Of a stretch of DNA of 8,197 bases, positions 7,001 through 8,197 are shown piece by piece. Location of the stretch: NCBI GenBank assembly GCA_000388065.2, contig KB932210.1; one strand, 5' to 3'. A model generated the notes under the pieces. It had not been told where the DNA came from and did not search any database. It saw only the letters and a program-made list of their open reading frames with translations. How positions within the stretch are numbered: the stretch's first letter is position 1; the number at the start of each line of letters is the position of its first letter. This DNA comes from Fonticula alba ATCC 38817 (taxonomy: Eukaryota; Protista; Nucleariida). A program made the position numbers and the translations under genes.

Positions 7001-8197
7001 GCCATGACACCTGCTCCGAGTGCCAAAAGGTCCCCTCGACCGAGCGGTACCAATGCCAGGCGTGCCAGGCCGGCTGGGCCCTGGAGCCGGGGGCTCACCC
7101 CGTCCGGTGTCTCCAATGCCATGACTCCTGCTCCATGTGCACCGCCGGGGAGGACCCGGCCGCCTGCACCGCCTGCCACCAGGGCCACTACCTGCAGGGT
7201 TCCCAGTGCCTGGACAGCTGCCCGGTCGGCCTCTGGCCAGACAACCTGCTGAATCGGTGCCAGCCCTGCCCGGAGGTGTGTCTCTCCTGCACGAGCACCA
7301 CGCACTGCACCCTTTGCCGGCCGGGGTTCATCCCGGCCGGGGGCCAATGCAGGCTGTGCCACAGCAGCTGCCTCTCCTGCACCGACGAGGTCAGCTGCTC
7401 CGCCTGCCGGCCGGGGCTGGTCTTCCTGGACCCGGACCCGGGCATGCCGTCGCTCTGCGGCAGCACCTGCCCGCCGGGGGAGTTCCCCGGGCCCGAGCGG
7501 TGCACCCGGTGCGACCGCTCGTGCGACCTGTGCGCCGGCGGGGCCGCCCGCTGCCTGGTGTGCGCCGAGGGCTTCCGGTGGGACATCGCCGCCCCGGGCC
7601 CCGGCAAGACGGGCGCCTGCGTGCCCTGCCCGGCCGGCTGCGCCTCCTGCATCGGCACCGGCCCCGGCACCAGCCGGTGTCTGTCCTGCGGGGCCGAGCA
7701 CTTCCTCACCCAAGATGGCACGTGTGCCGGGTCCTGCCCGGCGGCCACCTTCGGCGAGACCACCCAGTGGACCTGCCAGCCGTGCGATGTGTCCTGTGGC
7801 GCCTGCCTCGGGGGCGGGGCCGACCAGTGCACCGGCTGTGCCGCCGGGCTGGAGCTGGTGGAGGTCACCTCCGGCGCCGGGACCTGCGTGTCCGGCTGCC
7901 CGGAGGGCCAGTACCGCGCGGGCACCGACTGCCTGCCCTGCGACGCGGCCTGCGCCACGTGCAACGGCCCCACGGACAAGGACTGCTGGCGGTGCGCCTC
8001 CGGCGTCCTGCAGGACGGCGACTGCGTGCAGGCCTGCGCCGCCCAGCATGTGGCCGTGGCCGACCGGTGCCTGCCCTGCCACCCCTCGTGCGGAAGCTGC
8101 ACCGGGGTCCGGAGCACCGAGTGCACCGCCTGCCCGGGGGGCCTGCTGGCCCTGCCGGCCGGGCAGACCCCGGGCCGGTGCGTGCCCGGGTGCCCGG
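3975..8197 (+). CDS. 3'-truncated large secretory-pathway protein with furin-like Cys-rich repeats, probable receptor-kinase paralogue of gene 1; join(3975..5277,5387..>8197), >1370 aa
   Basis: ATG 3975 opens a signal peptide. Exon 1 is in the frame of the 3804 ORF. After the 109-nt intron, frame 1 is open from 5389 to the window end (PCTACMQAGCLVCHDASC...CVPGCP) with strong GC3 bias. This exon is absent from the ORF track because it has no stop. TM and kinase are not visible, so the kinase call is inference. Confidence 0.85.
5130..5550 (+). repeat. Short Cys-rich linker between domains A and B of gene 2 (interrupted by the intron)
   Basis: CSTTDPTISCSATEYTC...CAGC...|PCTACMQAGCLVCHDASCLHCPAG...CVSSCAAGYHAAGGRCLP. 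Confidence 0.75.
5278..5386 (+). other. Intron of gene 2 (109 nt, phase 1)
   Basis: Donor G|GTACGC at 5278 (same hexamer as intron 1), branch ACTAAC at 5328-5333, C15 tract, acceptor CAG ending at 5386. This is the junction that shifts the frame into the Cys-rich frame 1 (SAA-A-PCTAC). Confidence 0.88.
6823..8197 (+). repeat. Long tandem furin-like Cys-rich repeat stalk of gene 2
   Basis: For example CVPCHPRCATCSGSSPSQCISC and CLPCDAACATCNGPTDKDCWRC...CVQAC, with the same Cys register as the gene 1 repeats. Confidence 0.9.

Noticed and set aside
5329-8082. 917-aa minus-strand ORF
   Set aside because: Antisense shadow of the GC3-saturated + strand exon. The product is Ala/Gly/Arg low-complexity with no motifs.
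1-8197. Prokaryotic-type features (CRISPR, operon, IS element, tRNA/rRNA), selenocysteine recoding, telomeric repeats, tyrosine-kinase or furin-protease identity
   Set aside because: There are no spaced direct repeats, transposase motifs or structural RNA signatures, and no in-frame TGA at Cys positions. The catalytic loop is HRDLKPGN rather than tyrosine-kinase type, and no subtilisin catalytic motifs are present.

Overview
GC-rich eukaryotic genomic DNA with short spliceosomal GT-AG introns. It holds two head-to-tail genes on the + strand, both cut by the window edges. Gene 1, join(<1..1165,1310..1425,1531..1564,1790..2736), is the C-terminal ~753 aa of a single-pass receptor kinase: furin-like Cys-rich repeats, a TM helix, a short juxtamembrane segment and a Ser/Thr-type (TKL-like) kinase. 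A ~1.2 kb spacer follows, with very long poly-G tracts. Gene 2, join(3975..5277,5387..>8197), is the N-terminal >1370 aa of a large secretory-pathway protein: signal peptide, Cys-poor domain A, short Cys-rich linker, Cys-poor domain B, then a long furin-like Cys-rich stalk that runs off the window. The ORF track misses gene 2's main 2.8 kb exon (frame 1, no stop in the window) and splits gene 1. Most other listed ORFs are shadows of high GC3. Gene 2 is probably a paralogue of gene 1, which would make this part of a tandem receptor-kinase array (inference). From memory, the architecture, GC level and kinase signature resemble the expanded TKL receptor family of the aggregative amoeba Fonticula alba; no search was run, so the organism is unconfirmed.
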